In this document: piece by piece, positions 28,482 through 38,560 of the stretch
How positions within the stretch are numbered: position 1 is the first letter of the stretch
Layout of the letters: each line of letters starts with the position of its first letter
Source: an uncultured Nitrososphaerales archaeon
GTDB taxonomy: Archaea > Thermoproteota > Nitrososphaeria > Nitrososphaerales > Gagatemarchaeaceae
DNA length: 64,000 nucleotides
Direction: 5' to 3'
Assembly (NCBI GenBank): GCA_963706445.1
Contig: OY970160.1
Location: forward strand, 384,001 to 448,000
Program-made: the position numbers and the translations under genes
The notes under the pieces: generated by a model
The model's input: only the letters and a program-made list of their open reading frames with translations
Databases searched by the model: none
Told to the model about the DNA's origin: nothing

Positions 28482-28916
28482 TTAAGGTCGCAGAAACCTT
28501 AGTCTTTCAAACCCATGAAGCCTCTCCTCGAACTCAGAATCCGACAACTCGCTGAAAGGTTTGTTCTTGAGATAGTTGTAGCGCTCCTTTGCTAGTTTCT
28601 CAAATTGAGCTTTCTGTATTTCTCCCTTTGCGAGCCTAGTCTTGATTGTAGTTATCGGCTCTGTATGAGTCTCCTGTTGCGGCGAAGACAGTTGCTTTGG
28701 ATTTGTATCTTGTTGCGATTTATGCTGAACGGCGTTGTCGTCAGTTGAAGCGGGTCGACTGGGGGTGCCGGCCTTTGCTCTGCCTCGTGACAACTCAAGT
28801 ATTTTGAGATATGCATCGTTAAGTTCCCTAAACCGTGATTTTACCTGATCGAAAGTGGCATCTGGAGACAGGCCCAGAGTCGCGTAGTTTGTCTCTTCAT
28901 CATCGGAATCGCTCAC
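28482..28916 (-). CDS. J-domain-like protein lacking HPD, with SHOCT-like C-domain
   Basis: NYATLGLSPDATFDQVKSRFRELNDAYLKIL; IKTRLAKGEIQKAQFE. Confidence 0.65.
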   Translation of the reverse strand: MSDSDDEETNYATLGLSPDATFDQVKSRFRELNDAYLKILELSRGRAKAGTPSRPASTDDNAVQHKSQQDTNPKQLSSPQQETHTEPITTIKTRLAKGEIQKAQFEKLAKERYNYLKNKPFSELSDSEFEERLHGFERLRFLRP

Positions 28917-29032
28917 CCAAAATCACCCTGCCATTTGCCTCAAGGTAGACCTTGATGGCGGCGTAGGCTGTCACAGTTCATCTTCACCAGGCATGGAAAG
29001 CGATAATTCTCTCCGTCTTTGAGCAATCTTGA

Positions 29033-29703
29033 TTGAGTAATGATGGGCAGCAGGGCTCCCCCACTGTTAGGGGAATGTATCACCTTTTCCTCGGGAACGC
29101 CACCTTCATCCTGCTTTTTGCCGTCACAGCCATCGTAGTAGGACGGACCCCAGGGCCCGACGGGTACGGCCTTTACACCGTCGCCGTGGTCATCCCACCC
29201 TTTCTCTTCAATTCGATCAGGCTGGGGCTGGACACCGCCGCCACGAGATATGCGGCGAGGCTGAAATCTGAGGCGAAGGAGAGAGAGGCGACCCTGTTCG
29301 TCTATGCCATGGTGATATTCGAAGTGGGGTTGTCGGTGGTTTTCACCGCCGTTTTCTACCTGCTCTCGGGGATACTGGCGTCTAACGTCCTCGACAGGCC
29401 CCAGATAGCTGGGCTGATTCTCCCCGTGGCGATGCTCTCCGTGGTCGGGCAGGCGGCGTACACGGTGACGACCTCCGGGTTGATCGGCTGGGGAGGTACG
29501 ACCGGGCGGCTGTCTTCCAAGCCCTGCAAGCCCTCACCAAACTCGTTGTCTCGGTCGGGCTGATCCTGCTCGGCGTCGGTGTCCTGGGTGCCGTGGCGGG
29601 GTACACGGCGTCGTTCCTGGTCTCGGGGGTCCTCGAGATCCTACTCGTGGTGACGCGCTTGTCTAGTTCGCCAGCGCCGAGGGTTGTCTCGGCAAACAAA
29701 TGA
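29033..29703 (+). pseudogene. Truncated, frameshifted polysaccharide flippase (Wzx/MATE-like)
   Basis: VGRTPGPDGYGLY, LGLDTAATRY; frameshift near 29485 continues YDRAAVFQALQALTKLVVSVGLIL; only about half of a flippase is present. Confidence 0.75.
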
Positions 29704-29734
29704 AGCCGAGATCAGAGCCTCCTCCAGGTCGGCT

Positions 29735-30175
29735 ATTTTCTCCACCTTCGCCAGCCTGACTATCTCGTTCCCGGGCGGGATGACGAGCAACCGCGTACTC
29801 CGCCGTGCTCGATGATGAACCGCCGGAGGGCCTTCTGAAGCTCGGCCACAGCCGGGAGCGCTGTCTCTCCGCCTGCCAGAAGGGGATGAAAGCCCTCATC
29901 TCGCCGTCCTTCATCTGTATGAAGCAGGCCCTGTTCCTGAGCTCTGACTCTTCGAGGATTATCTCTACGTTTCGGACGGCGTCCTTGAGGAGTGCCTTGA
30001 GGGCGTCCTGGGGACGGGCTCGGGGACGATCAGCAGCACCAGCACCCAGATGACAGCGAGAGCGAAACCGAAGGACGCTATCGGGACGCTGTCGGCGAGG
30101 AAGAAGCCGAGGGCCGAGATCACTGCCCCGATAATCAGGAAGTCGATGCCGACGAGGGTGTTACGCTCCCACCTT
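29735..30175 (-). pseudogene. Frameshifted 2-TM archaeal membrane protein remnant
   Basis: Across frameshifts reads VGIDFLIIGAVISALGFF...IVPEPVP / QDALKALLKDAVRNVEIILEE...RAFIP / LLVIPPGNEIVRL. Confidence 0.55.
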
Positions 30176-30299
30176 CACAATCTCGGAGACCTGAGGCTTA
30201 AGCCCTTCACACGCGGCCCCAGTCTTTGGGTTCCTTCCCGCAGGTCCCATGGAGGGAGTTGGGCACAACATTATATCAGCCACCATATCCCGCTTCCCT

Positions 30300-30704
30300 G
30301 TGTTCGTGAGAATAAAGAGGACCCGCGCCAGGAGGTATGCGTACCTGGTCGAAGGCAGGAGAGAGGGAGCCAGGGTGAGGCAGAAGGTCGTGTGTTACCT
30401 CGGGCCGCTTTCCAAGGTTGCCAATGGGGTGCCTGAACAGGCGAAGACAGCCGCGGCGCTTCGTGGAGTGGACTGGACCATGGTGAACGAAACCATCCGT
30501 CGGATCCCCCTCAATTTCGAGGAGCTGTCTGAAGCTAGACGAATGAGATACCCTGAGGCGGTCGAAGGGAGGCGTCAGGGATTCCTGACGAGCGGAATCC
30601 GTGAGAGGGTGGGCGGAGAAGGTGAAGCTCTTGCCAGGATCTCGGAGGTCAGGTTCCGTCAGATGTTCACGGATGTGGGAGCGGGCAGGTACAGGATGAA
30701 ATGA
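30300..30704 (+). CDS. Small basic protein with IS1634-transposase-like N-terminal beta motif (putative antitoxin/DNA-binding)
   Basis: MFVRIKRTRARRYAYLVEGRREGARVRQKVVCYLG; TTATAT 25 nt upstream of the GTG; ATGA overlap with the next gene. Confidence 0.7.
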   Translation: MFVRIKRTRARRYAYLVEGRREGARVRQKVVCYLGPLSKVANGVPEQAKTAAALRGVDWTMVNETIRRIPLNFEELSEARRMRYPEAVEGRRQGFLTSGIRERVGGEGEALARISEVRFRQMFTDVGAGRYRMK

Positions 30705-31285
30705 AGAAGCGACCTATCCCAGCCCCGCGGGACTTTGTATCCCGATTGGGTAGAGAGCCGAACGAATTGAAAAAGAAACTACTCCTGTTGGGCTATCTGT
30801 CGGAGCGGGTGTCGAAGAAGGGAGGGTGCATCTTCCTTGTGGGAGGCGAAGCCGTTGAGACCTACACCGGTGGGGTCTTCACCACAGGCGACATCGACAT
30901 CACGACGACCGAACAGCAGCCCACCGAGGAGCTGCTGGCCAAGATGGGCTTCAACAAGGAGGGCATGATCTGGGTCAGTCCCCGTATTGGCATGGCGGTC
31001 CACATCGTCGCGTCCTACCCAAGGAGGAGCCTCAGAGCTCGGACGATCGAGGTCGATGGATACTCTGTCAAGGTCGTGGGCGTGGAAGACCTGATAGTCG
31101 ACAGGCTAGCCGCTGCAAAGTTCTGGAAGAGCGAGCGCGACTTGGAGCAGGCGAGGGCCATCCTTGGCTCCTTTCGAGATTCGATTGACTACGGCTATCT
31201 GAAGGGGATCGCTGCGGAGGAGAATGTCCAGGATTACTTGGGGCGAGCCAAAAGGAAGAGCAGTCCTCTCAGGAAGACGGACTAA
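30701..31285 (+). CDS. AbiEii/DUF6036-like nucleotidyltransferase
   Basis: LVGGEAV, TTGDIDI, VEDLIVDRL, ERDLEQA. Confidence 0.8.
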   Translation: MKKRPIPAPRDFVSRLGREPNELKKKLLLLGYLSERVSKKGGCIFLVGGEAVETYTGGVFTTGDIDITTTEQQPTEELLAKMGFNKEGMIWVSPRIGMAVHIVASYPRRSLRARTIEVDGYSVKVVGVEDLIVDRLAAAKFWKSERDLEQARAILGSFRDSIDYGYLKGIAAEENVQDYLGRAKRKSSPLRKTD

Positions 31286-31511
31286 TCTCCGTCTCAGACG
31301 GCCCCCTTTCGCCAGCCTGTAGTACTGGTGCTTTCTATAGAGGGACAGCCCAAACCCTTACAAATTCAGAAGCGACGATTGAGGAGAAAAAGGGTGCTCA
31401 TCAACACTTGGCCTACGTGGGGTTCGTGTGCCAAATCCCGCCAGAACTTGAGCGTTCGCGTTAATCCTCAGGTGGCAACGCAGTCAGATGCGGGGGTCTC
31501 GTCTCAAGTTG

Positions 31512-31736
31512 CTACATGTCTGCATTGGCTCTCATGACGACGGTCCTGAAGTCATGGCTGCCTCCCATTATTCTTCTGGGACAGCGGGTCCCCACCCCCC
31601 CGGGGGGGCTTTCACAATAGGTGCAGGCCATCTCTTTGTCCAATATGACGTAGGAGTGGAGCCCCCTCGAGAAGAAGGCAGGGCAGCCAGTGCTTGGTAA
31701 TCCCTCAGTAGCTCCGCAACTCTCGCAAAAATGCAT
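31512..31736 (-). CDS. Small protein with two tandem CxxC-x8-9-CP-x7-H units
   Basis: MHFCESCGATEGLPSTGCPAFFSRGLH...CTYCESPPGGVGTRCPRRIMGGSH. Confidence 0.5.
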   Translation of the reverse strand: MHFCESCGATEGLPSTGCPAFFSRGLHSYVILDKEMACTYCESPPGGVGTRCPRRIMGGSHDFRTVVMRANADM

Positions 31737-32133
31737 TATACCTGGATTGATGTTCGAAGGAGTAGTTAGGTGTTCCCTAACGAAAGCCGTCGCAGTTTCA
31801 ATCCCGGAAGACCGGGTCAAGCTGCGTCGCCAGCGCTTATTAGTTGCGACTCGAACGAGGCTACTGGTCGCAGGTTGGCATCTTACCATAAGCGAGCGGA
31901 GAAGAAGGAAGAAGTGAAGGGGCACAACCACCCATTCAGCGAGAAGTGCGGCCGCAATTGCCCCCGTAACGAGCACTACAAGCCTGTGAGGAAGCCGGAC
32001 CTCTTTCACAGGAAAAACAACTAGCTCGCCGCACGTAGCTTCGTCGGCGGGTACGTGGACCTGAAGGTGGCCTTAGGGGACACCGAAGGCTACACCTTCA
32101 AATATCGAAACACGCACTCGCGGGTGGAACTCG

Positions 32134-32628
32134 TTGACCTCAAGAGGGGATATTGCGCGTCGAAGTGGGCGCCCTGGCCTTTCAGAACTTACAGCTACCC
32201 TCATCCTCATCGTGATTGTGGTCATCGCCGGTGCCGCCCTGCTCTCTTATTTTTCAGGCAGCTCAGCAAGCTCCCAGGCCGAAGCCAGCTCTCTGGCCAG
32301 CGTCGTGACCTCTCCAGGGAACCAAGTCGGGAACCTTGGATCTACGGCCTTCGTCAGCGCAAGTGTGCTCACCTGCTTCACCTCCGCGGGCGCCTGCGCG
32401 ATCCAGCTTACCAACACCGGGACCGCGAACGCCGGAGCAGTCGGGTGCGCCATCTCCGGGACTGCTGGGACCCTCACACCGAGCGACGCCGAGGTAATAG
32501 CAGGTGGATCAGTGCAGGTCACGTGCGCAAATTCCGAAGGCTCGGGGTCCGCCCCTGGATCCGTCGTGCTCGGGTCTGTCAACTTTGTCAACGGTGCTGT
32601 CACGCCGTGGTCAGGGACCTGGCAATAG
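32134..32628 (+). CDS. Archaeal type IV pilin-like protein
   Basis: RRSGRPG/LSELTATLILIVIVVIAG class III signal; Cys pairs and LTNTG in the globular domain. Confidence 0.82.
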   Translation: MTSRGDIARRSGRPGLSELTATLILIVIVVIAGAALLSYFSGSSASSQAEASSLASVVTSPGNQVGNLGSTAFVSASVLTCFTSAGACAIQLTNTGTANAGAVGCAISGTAGTLTPSDAEVIAGGSVQVTCANSEGSGSAPGSVVLGSVNFVNGAVTPWSGTWQ

Positions 32629-32646
32629 TCAGAACGTCTACGACGA

Positions 32647-34962
32647 TTACCCGAGGATTTCCCGAGTTGCACCGGGCGACGGTGCAGCCCTTCCTAACAT
32701 TGAACGCCTCCTTTTGAGGACAAGGGCTGCTACGACGGCGACCGCCCCGACCATCGCCACCAGGAGCCCAATCGCGACGTAGTTGTATCCTGAACCCGAC
32801 AAGACTACCGCCGGACTCTCGACCACGAATGAGGTTTGGGTGTTGCTGGAGTTGACCGCGCCAATCCAACCATTGAAGGCGGTCAGAAAAGCATCGTTGG
32901 ACGCCGTCAAGGTCATCGTGGAGTCGGGCGGGACATACACCTCAGTCGTCGCGCCGCCTCCCACTGAGCCTGAGACGGCCCCGTCGCTGTAGGACACAGA
33001 CACCGGTCCAGCCGCATCGATGGTGACCCCCGGATAGAACAGGGCCGTCTCGTTCGACGCTACGGCCGGCCCCACGGTCATGGAAAACACGCCGCTTGAA
33101 CTCGACTCGGAATCGACCCCTACCCCGAACCAACCTTCGAACGACCAGCCGGGAGCTGGGACCGCGTTCAATTGCAACTCCGACCCAGAATCATACCACC
33201 CGGCCGTCGGGTAGGTGGTCCCCCCGCCTGGGGCGTTCTGTAAGATGTCGACGTAGAACTGGTGCTCGTACACCAGCCCCACGGCCAGGTACAGCGCGAC
33301 CTCGCCAGTCCCACTGCCATTGGAAAGCAGCCTGTTCCCCCCTCCCTGTGAAATCGACTGGGGCACGGAGTAGCCGGACCCTGAATCAAGCCATTCCGGG
33401 TTGGTCCCTGGTATCAACGTCCCCGAGTACTTTTGTCCCGCGGCCGTCGAGCTCAAAGCGATGCCGGGGAGTATCTCGGTGTTCTTGAGAGAAACGTCGA
33501 AGGTGACGAGATATTGGTGGTAGTAGGTCGCGTTTATCACCCCGGACTGACCGATTGAACCCCCCTGAGCCGTGTACCACCTCTCCCCCTTCGTGGAGCC
33601 GGAAAGCACGCTCTGGAAATGGTATACGGAGCCTTCGTCCACCCACACCCCGCTCCCCGCAGAGGCAGTGGCTGCCACGCCGAAGGAGGTGTACTTTATG
33701 GTTGGAGGAGAGAACCCAGACCCACCCCCTGAAATCGAGAACCCGAAGACCACGAGGCGCTGGCCGTAGTAGACGATCTGGCCTATCTGGGATGAGCTGG
33801 CTACGGCGGAGGTCTCCTGGTCTGTCTCCCACCTCTGACCTGGCGTGGACCCGTTCAATGAGAGCGAGACGGTCCACGTAGATTCGGGGTCAGCCACGTA
33901 TATCGTCGGTGACGTCGTCATTGGGGTCGTCGTGGATGTCCCGTTCGAGACGTAGGTGAGCGCTGGGGATGAGTAGCCGGAGCCCCCCCTGACCGTGAAC
34001 GACAGGGTCAGCGGGACACCCGGAGGTATGTTCGTGGTGGCGGGCAGCGCCCCGGTCACGAAATCGTGTCCGTCGCCGTACTCCGTGGTCCCGTTGTAAG
34101 AGAACTCCAGCAGCCTGTTGGGGTTGCTGAACGAGACGGGCGCCGAGGTGTTGGCAGAGAAGACGAACTGAGAGGTGGTCGGGTCGAACTCCTCTATCCA
34201 CATCCACGCCGAGGACAATGCGACCGCGCGATTGGAGAAGACGACCTCCGCCTCGTTGGCGTAGTAGGGTGCAGCATGATACCATTCCGTCATCAGCCCG
34301 GTGAAGTAGCCATTGGGGTCTGAGGGGGAGTCCGGGAGGCCGACGAAGTACGTCGCTCCCATGCTGGCGTAGGTCTCCGACGCCACGGCCCCCGTGTTCG
34401 GGTCCTTCGCCAGCATCGTCACGCTCTGGCTCGAGCTGGAGATGAAAAGCTCCAGGGTGACGGGGTCTCGTGCGTTCACCGCGCCGGAGAAGGCCAGGAG
34501 TCCGCCCGACCCGTTCAATGGGAAGACAGAGTTCCCCAGATTGTCATAGACCTCATAGTTCATGTTGAAGCCTGTCCCTGGGCTACCGCCGGGCGACCAG
34601 TCCCATGAGACGCCTACCTGATACCAATAACCCAAGTTGGAGATCCCGTTTAGGAGATATGCCGGACCGTCTCCCATGGTGGGGTCCGTCTGTTCGACCG
34701 CCGTCACGTTGTACTCCAGGGAGGGAAAGTCCTGGGTGAACGTCAGGCCGACCTGCTCGTCATATGCCGGCGCAGAGGCAGGTTGCGCCTGATGCCCTGG
34801 CGGCATGGTCCGGGGTGCGAGAACTGGAGCGTGGGTCGCGCAGGAACAGAGATTGTTCGTGACTTGGGACGAGCCCCCCACGATCGGTGAACCCAGGAAG
34901 ACGAGGCATAGGACCACCGCGGTCACCGAGGCGGTAGTGATCCCATTCGGGTGCGGCCTCAC
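32647..34962 (-). CDS. Large secreted, C-terminally anchored surface protein (possible peptidase domain plus beta-sandwich repeats)
   Basis: Signal peptide, S/T/G-rich repeats, GWY..G..L.L.A.P..GW.F.GW divergent InlB-like repeat, C-terminal TM followed by KRRR. Confidence 0.8.
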   Translation of the reverse strand: MRPHPNGITTASVTAVVLCLVFLGSPIVGGSSQVTNNLCSCATHAPVLAPRTMPPGHQAQPASAPAYDEQVGLTFTQDFPSLEYNVTAVEQTDPTMGDGPAYLLNGISNLGYWYQVGVSWDWSPGGSPGTGFNMNYEVYDNLGNSVFPLNGSGGLLAFSGAVNARDPVTLELFISSSSQSVTMLAKDPNTGAVASETYASMGATYFVGLPDSPSDPNGYFTGLMTEWYHAAPYYANEAEVVFSNRAVALSSAWMWIEEFDPTTSQFVFSANTSAPVSFSNPNRLLEFSYNGTTEYGDGHDFVTGALPATTNIPPGVPLTLSFTVRGGSGYSSPALTYVSNGTSTTTPMTTSPTIYVADPESTWTVSLSLNGSTPGQRWETDQETSAVASSSQIGQIVYYGQRLVVFGFSISGGGSGFSPPTIKYTSFGVAATASAGSGVWVDEGSVYHFQSVLSGSTKGERWYTAQGGSIGQSGVINATYYHQYLVTFDVSLKNTEILPGIALSSTAAGQKYSGTLIPGTNPEWLDSGSGYSVPQSISQGGGNRLLSNGSGTGEVALYLAVGLVYEHQFYVDILQNAPGGGTTYPTAGWYDSGSELQLNAVPAPGWSFEGWFGVGVDSESSSSGVFSMTVGPAVASNETALFYPGVTIDAAGPVSVSYSDGAVSGSVGGGATTEVYVPPDSTMTLTASNDAFLTAFNGWIGAVNSSNTQTSFVVESPAVVLSGSGYNYVAIGLLVAMVGAVAVVAALVLKRRRSMLGRAAPSPGATREILG

Positions 34963-35155
34963 ATTTTGCGAAAGGCCAACTCGGCTATTTAGTCTTGGAC
35001 AGCTCTGCCGCCGACGAGCCGAAGTGAGTTTTATCTAGGTGCACTCATGCGACTCCGAAAATGCCTCAGAGCGTGCCTTCCCGGGTAGCTCACCCTGCCA
35101 ACAGAATCGATATCGTCGGCGTCTCCCAGACTTGTAGGACCGGATGGTGAGCTGA

Positions 35156-36883
35156 ACGGTAGAGTACAAGTGGATCGCGCTCTCAAACACCACCATAGGA
35201 ACGCTCATGGCGGGCATCGACGGCACCATAGTCCTCATCTCTCTGCCCGCGATATTTCGGGGCCTGAGTATCGACCCCCTCACCTCGTTCCAGTACCTCC
35301 TCTGGATCCTCTTTGGTTACAGCCTTGTCACTTCGGTCCTCCTGGTTTCCTTCGGTCGCATCTCCGACATGTTCGGGAGGGTCAGGCTGTTCAACCTGGG
35401 CTTCGTGATATTCACAGTCGGTTCGCTGCTCTGCGCGTTGACCCCGAACACCGGGGACCTTGGGGCGACGGAGCTCATCGCGTTCAGGATAGTCCAGGGG
35501 GTCGGAGGCGCCTTCCTATTCGCCAACAGCGCCGCGATCCTGACCGACGCGTTCCCGGTGAACGAAAGAGGAAAGGCGCTGGGGATTAACATGACAGCGG
35601 TCATCGCAGGCTCCATCATAGGGCTGGTCCTGGGCGGGATCCTGGCGCTGTTCAACTGGCGCTTCATCTTCCTCGTGAGCGTCCCCGTGGGGGCCGTGGG
35701 CACCGTCTGGTCGTACATGAAACTCAAGGAGATAGGCGCCAAAAGGGCGAATCAGAAGCTCGACATCTGGGGGAATGCGACGTTCGGGGGAGGCCTGACC
35801 CTGCTGTTGGTCGGAGTCACCTACGCCCTGATCCCGTCGGGGAGCTCGTCCATGGGGTGGGGGGACCCGTGGGTCATCGCTTCGCTCGCGGCCGGGTTCG
35901 CGCTGCTCATAGCCTTCCCATTCATAGAGAACAGGGTAGCCGACCCGATGTTCCGGCTCGACCTCTTCCGGAACCGGATGTTCGTCGCGGCGAACCTGGC
36001 CGGCCTGTTGGCGTCGGTAGGAAGGGGCGGGGTCCAGATCATGCTAATCATCTTGCTGCAGGGGATATGGCTCCCTCTCCACGGGGTCAGCTACCAGTCC
36101 ACCCCTTTCTGGGCCGGGGTCTACATGATACCGATGATCCTCGGATTCGTGGTCATGGGTCCCTTGAGCGGGGTCCTCTCTGACAGGTATGGAGCAAGGT
36201 TCTTCGCAACGCTTGGAATGGTCGTCACCGCTGGGACCTTTCTCCTCCTGTCGCTCCTCCCATACGATTTCAGCTACTGGGAGTTTGCGATCGTCATCTT
36301 CGTCATGGGGCTGGGAGGAGGGATGTTCGCGGCTCCAAACATCGCTTCCATTATGAACGCGGTCCCCGCCGAGGACAGGGGAGCGGCCTCAGGCATGAGG
36401 GCGACGCTCCAGAACACGGGACAGACAATGAGCCTTGCCGTCTTTTTCACGGTGATAATCACAGGGCTGTCTGGCAGCCTGCCGAACGCGCTTTCTAACG
36501 CGATGACCAGCGCCGGAGTCCCACAGCTTGCCAACGCGTTCACCTCGATTTCACCGACGAGCGCACTCTTCTCCGCTTTTCTCGGATACAACCCGATGCA
36601 GTCGATACTTGCCGTCCCCCAGCTCGCCTCTATCGTCGCCCAGATCCCCGCTCAGACGCTGAGCCTTCTGGAAGGGCAGACCTTCTTCCCGAACGCGATT
36701 GCACCCGCATTCATTTCTGCTCTGGACCTGTCATTCTACATCGGAGCAGCTCTGTCTGTCGCCGCAGCGGTGGCATCGCTGCTAAGGGGCAAGAGGTACA
36801 TACATGGTGAGGTTGCGGAGTCGGTGCCTGCGAAAGAAGCGGCCGGGGGCCTAACAGCAGTCAAGAAGTCTGCCTCCTCATAG
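35156..36883 (+). CDS. DHA2-type (14-TM) MFS transporter (probable ACG start)
   Basis: [29 protein letters not shown]. The family N-terminus [14 protein letters not shown] begins at ACG 35156. Confidence 0.92.
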   Translation, partial: TVEYKWIALSNTTIGTLMAGIDGTIVLISLPAIFRGLSIDPLTSFQYLLWILFGYSLVTSVLLVSFGRISDMFGRVRLFNLGFVIFTVGSLLCALTPNTGDLGATELIAFRIVQGVGGAFLFANSAAILTDAFPVNERGKALGINMTAVIAGSIIGLVLGGILALFNWRFIFLVSVPVGAVGTVWSYMKLKEIGAKRANQKLDIWGNATFGGGLTLLLVGVTYALIPSGSSSMGWGDPWVIASLAAGFALLIAFPFIENRVADPMFRLDLFRNRMFVAANLAGLLASVGRGGVQIMLIILLQGIWLPLHGVSYQSTPFWAGVYMIPMILGFVVMGPLSGVLSDRYGARFFATLGMVVTAGTFLLLSLLPYDFSYWEFAIVIFVMGLGGGMFAAPNIASIMNAVPAEDRGAASGMRATLQNTGQTMSLAVFFTVIITGLSGSLPNALSNAMTSAGVPQLANAFTSISPTSALFSAFLGYNPMQSILAVPQLASIVAQIPAQTLSLLEGQTFFPNAIAPAFISALDLSFYIGAALSVAAAVASLLRGKRYIHGEVAESVPAKEAAGGLTAVKKSASS

Positions 36884-36913
36884 GCTTCTCCCGGCGCAAC
36901 GCTCTGTCGCTGC

Positions 36914-37879
36914 CTACGAAGCCACTGTGACTGACGTTATCTGGGATGTGAAGCTGTAGGTCGTCGTGCCCGACGTGCCGGTCTCCGACCCCGTGGCAGC
37001 CAGGTAGGTTATGAGCGGATAGCTCGACCCGTTCGGTGTCCCCACGGAGAGGCTGCCTGAGTTCAGAGTGATGCTCGCGCCACTACATGCAGTGATTGTC
37101 TCCGGAAGCACGTTAGGGGCATAGTTGGTAACGGTAAACGATGTTGGTCCTACCGTCACCGGAGAAGTGCCGGTGGAGTGGAAAAAGGTCAACGAGGTGG
37201 GCGCCGATATCTCCTGCCCGTACACAATGTCTACCTCCCACGGAGCGAAGTAGGTCTGGAAGTGGGTACCGGCTGATGCGCCGGTGAACGTGTGTCCGGC
37301 GAGGTCGAGCCTTACGACCGTCCCGTCATTCAGAAACCAGACCGTCGTCGAGTAGGTCTGGGTGGGTAGCACGTCGAGGACGTTGACCTCGTATGTCGTC
37401 GAATTCACGCTTACCACCGTGTACGACGCAGTGAAGTTGTAAGTCACGCCATTTACGGTGCCCTGGAAGGTCTGGGACAGAGCAGAATAGGCGTTGAGCA
37501 GCGGGATTATGACGCTCGCAGGCTGAGTCGAAGTTGTAGTAGTCGTCGTGCAAGACGCCGTCGAGGTAGTGCTCGATGCGCTCGAAGTTGACGTCACCGT
37601 CGATGTCGCGCTGTTGGAGCTGGTGGTGCTTGTGGAGCTCGTGCTGGGGTAGGTGGAACTGACTATGGTCGGCGTCGAAGTGGTGGCAGAGCTAGAAGTT
37701 GTGGTTGGAAGTGTCGAAGTCGACGTCGTGGTCTGCGTCAGACTTGAGGATGTGGATGCGCTCGAGTGGGAGCCCGTGAGGGCGAAGTATGCACCGCCCC
37801 CGGCGATTACGATGATGACGACGACAACGACGGCCATGAAAGTTCGGGCTATCCCAACTCTTTCCCGAAACAAGAACAA
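36914..37879 (-). CDS. Ser/Thr-rich membrane-anchored surface protein
   Basis: N-terminal RERVG/IA plus hydrophobic helix, long S/T stalk, beta-rich C-domain. Confidence 0.78.
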   Translation of the reverse strand: MFLFRERVGIARTFMAVVVVVIIVIAGGGAYFALTGSHSSASTSSSLTQTTTSTSTLPTTTSSSATTSTPTIVSSTYPSTSSTSTTSSNSATSTVTSTSSASSTTSTASCTTTTTTSTQPASVIIPLLNAYSALSQTFQGTVNGVTYNFTASYTVVSVNSTTYEVNVLDVLPTQTYSTTVWFLNDGTVVRLDLAGHTFTGASAGTHFQTYFAPWEVDIVYGQEISAPTSLTFFHSTGTSPVTVGPTSFTVTNYAPNVLPETITACSGASITLNSGSLSVGTPNGSSYPLITYLAATGSETGTSGTTTYSFTSQITSVTVAS

Positions 37880-37997
37880 ACGGCGACTTCGAGCTACCCT
37901 ATTTAACACCCGAGAGCAATTTCCAGAGTTGGCAATCGCCCATGCGGACGTGATCAAGTTTCGGTGACCGCTCATTTGCAGAAGGTTCAAAGCAGAC

Positions 37998-38477
37998 ATG
38001 CAGGGCCGAGGAAGGGTGAATTCCTACTCTGTCCACTTCAAGTTCAGCCAGCACTTCGACTTTCCAGCAGAGAAAGCCTACAGATGGTGCACCGACTACG
38101 AACCCGGGGATATTAAGCTCCAGGGCAATGAGGGCGTCAGGAAGATACGCTGGGTCAACGAGGACACGGTCCTGCTGACAGACATCGGCTTTACAGGTGC
38201 GAAGAAGACCGCAAAGCGGAAGCTCGTCAGGCTGTATCCGGAGCGCCTCACCTGGACGAACACACGCGTAAGCCCCGAGGGGAGGCAATCTCAGTTCCTG
38301 TACGAGATAGTCGCCGAGGAGAAAGGTTCTCGGCTCGACTTCACCGGCTCGATGGTCTTTGCCGGAAAGAGGCATACCACTGCCAAACTCGCGGCCTTGG
38401 CCGCCGACCTGGTGAAGGAGGATTCCGCGACCTGGCGGAACCTGGCCAAGGCAATGGCGAATGATCTTTCTGGATAG
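37998..38477 (+). CDS. Hypothetical SRPBCC/polyketide-cyclase-like protein
   Basis: HFDFPAEKAYRWCTDY start and C-terminal helix (W..LAKAM) typical of the helix-grip fold. Confidence 0.6.
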   Translation: MQGRGRVNSYSVHFKFSQHFDFPAEKAYRWCTDYEPGDIKLQGNEGVRKIRWVNEDTVLLTDIGFTGAKKTAKRKLVRLYPERLTWTNTRVSPEGRQSQFLYEIVAEEKGSRLDFTGSMVFAGKRHTTAKLAALAADLVKEDSATWRNLAKAMANDLSG

Positions 38478-38560
38478 TCCAGCAGCTCGAGCGTCGGGAG
38501 TTTGCGAGGAGAAGACGTGGATGCCCACTCAGGTACGCTGGCCGGAAGCTCCCTGGCCGG

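Noticed and set aside
28199-28555. 118-aa plus-strand ORF
   Set aside because: Spans a compositional boundary, overlaps other features and has no recognisable motifs.
37540-37770. Repetitive-looking DNA
   Set aside because: Encodes the Ser/Thr stalk of a surface protein; not a discrete repeat array.
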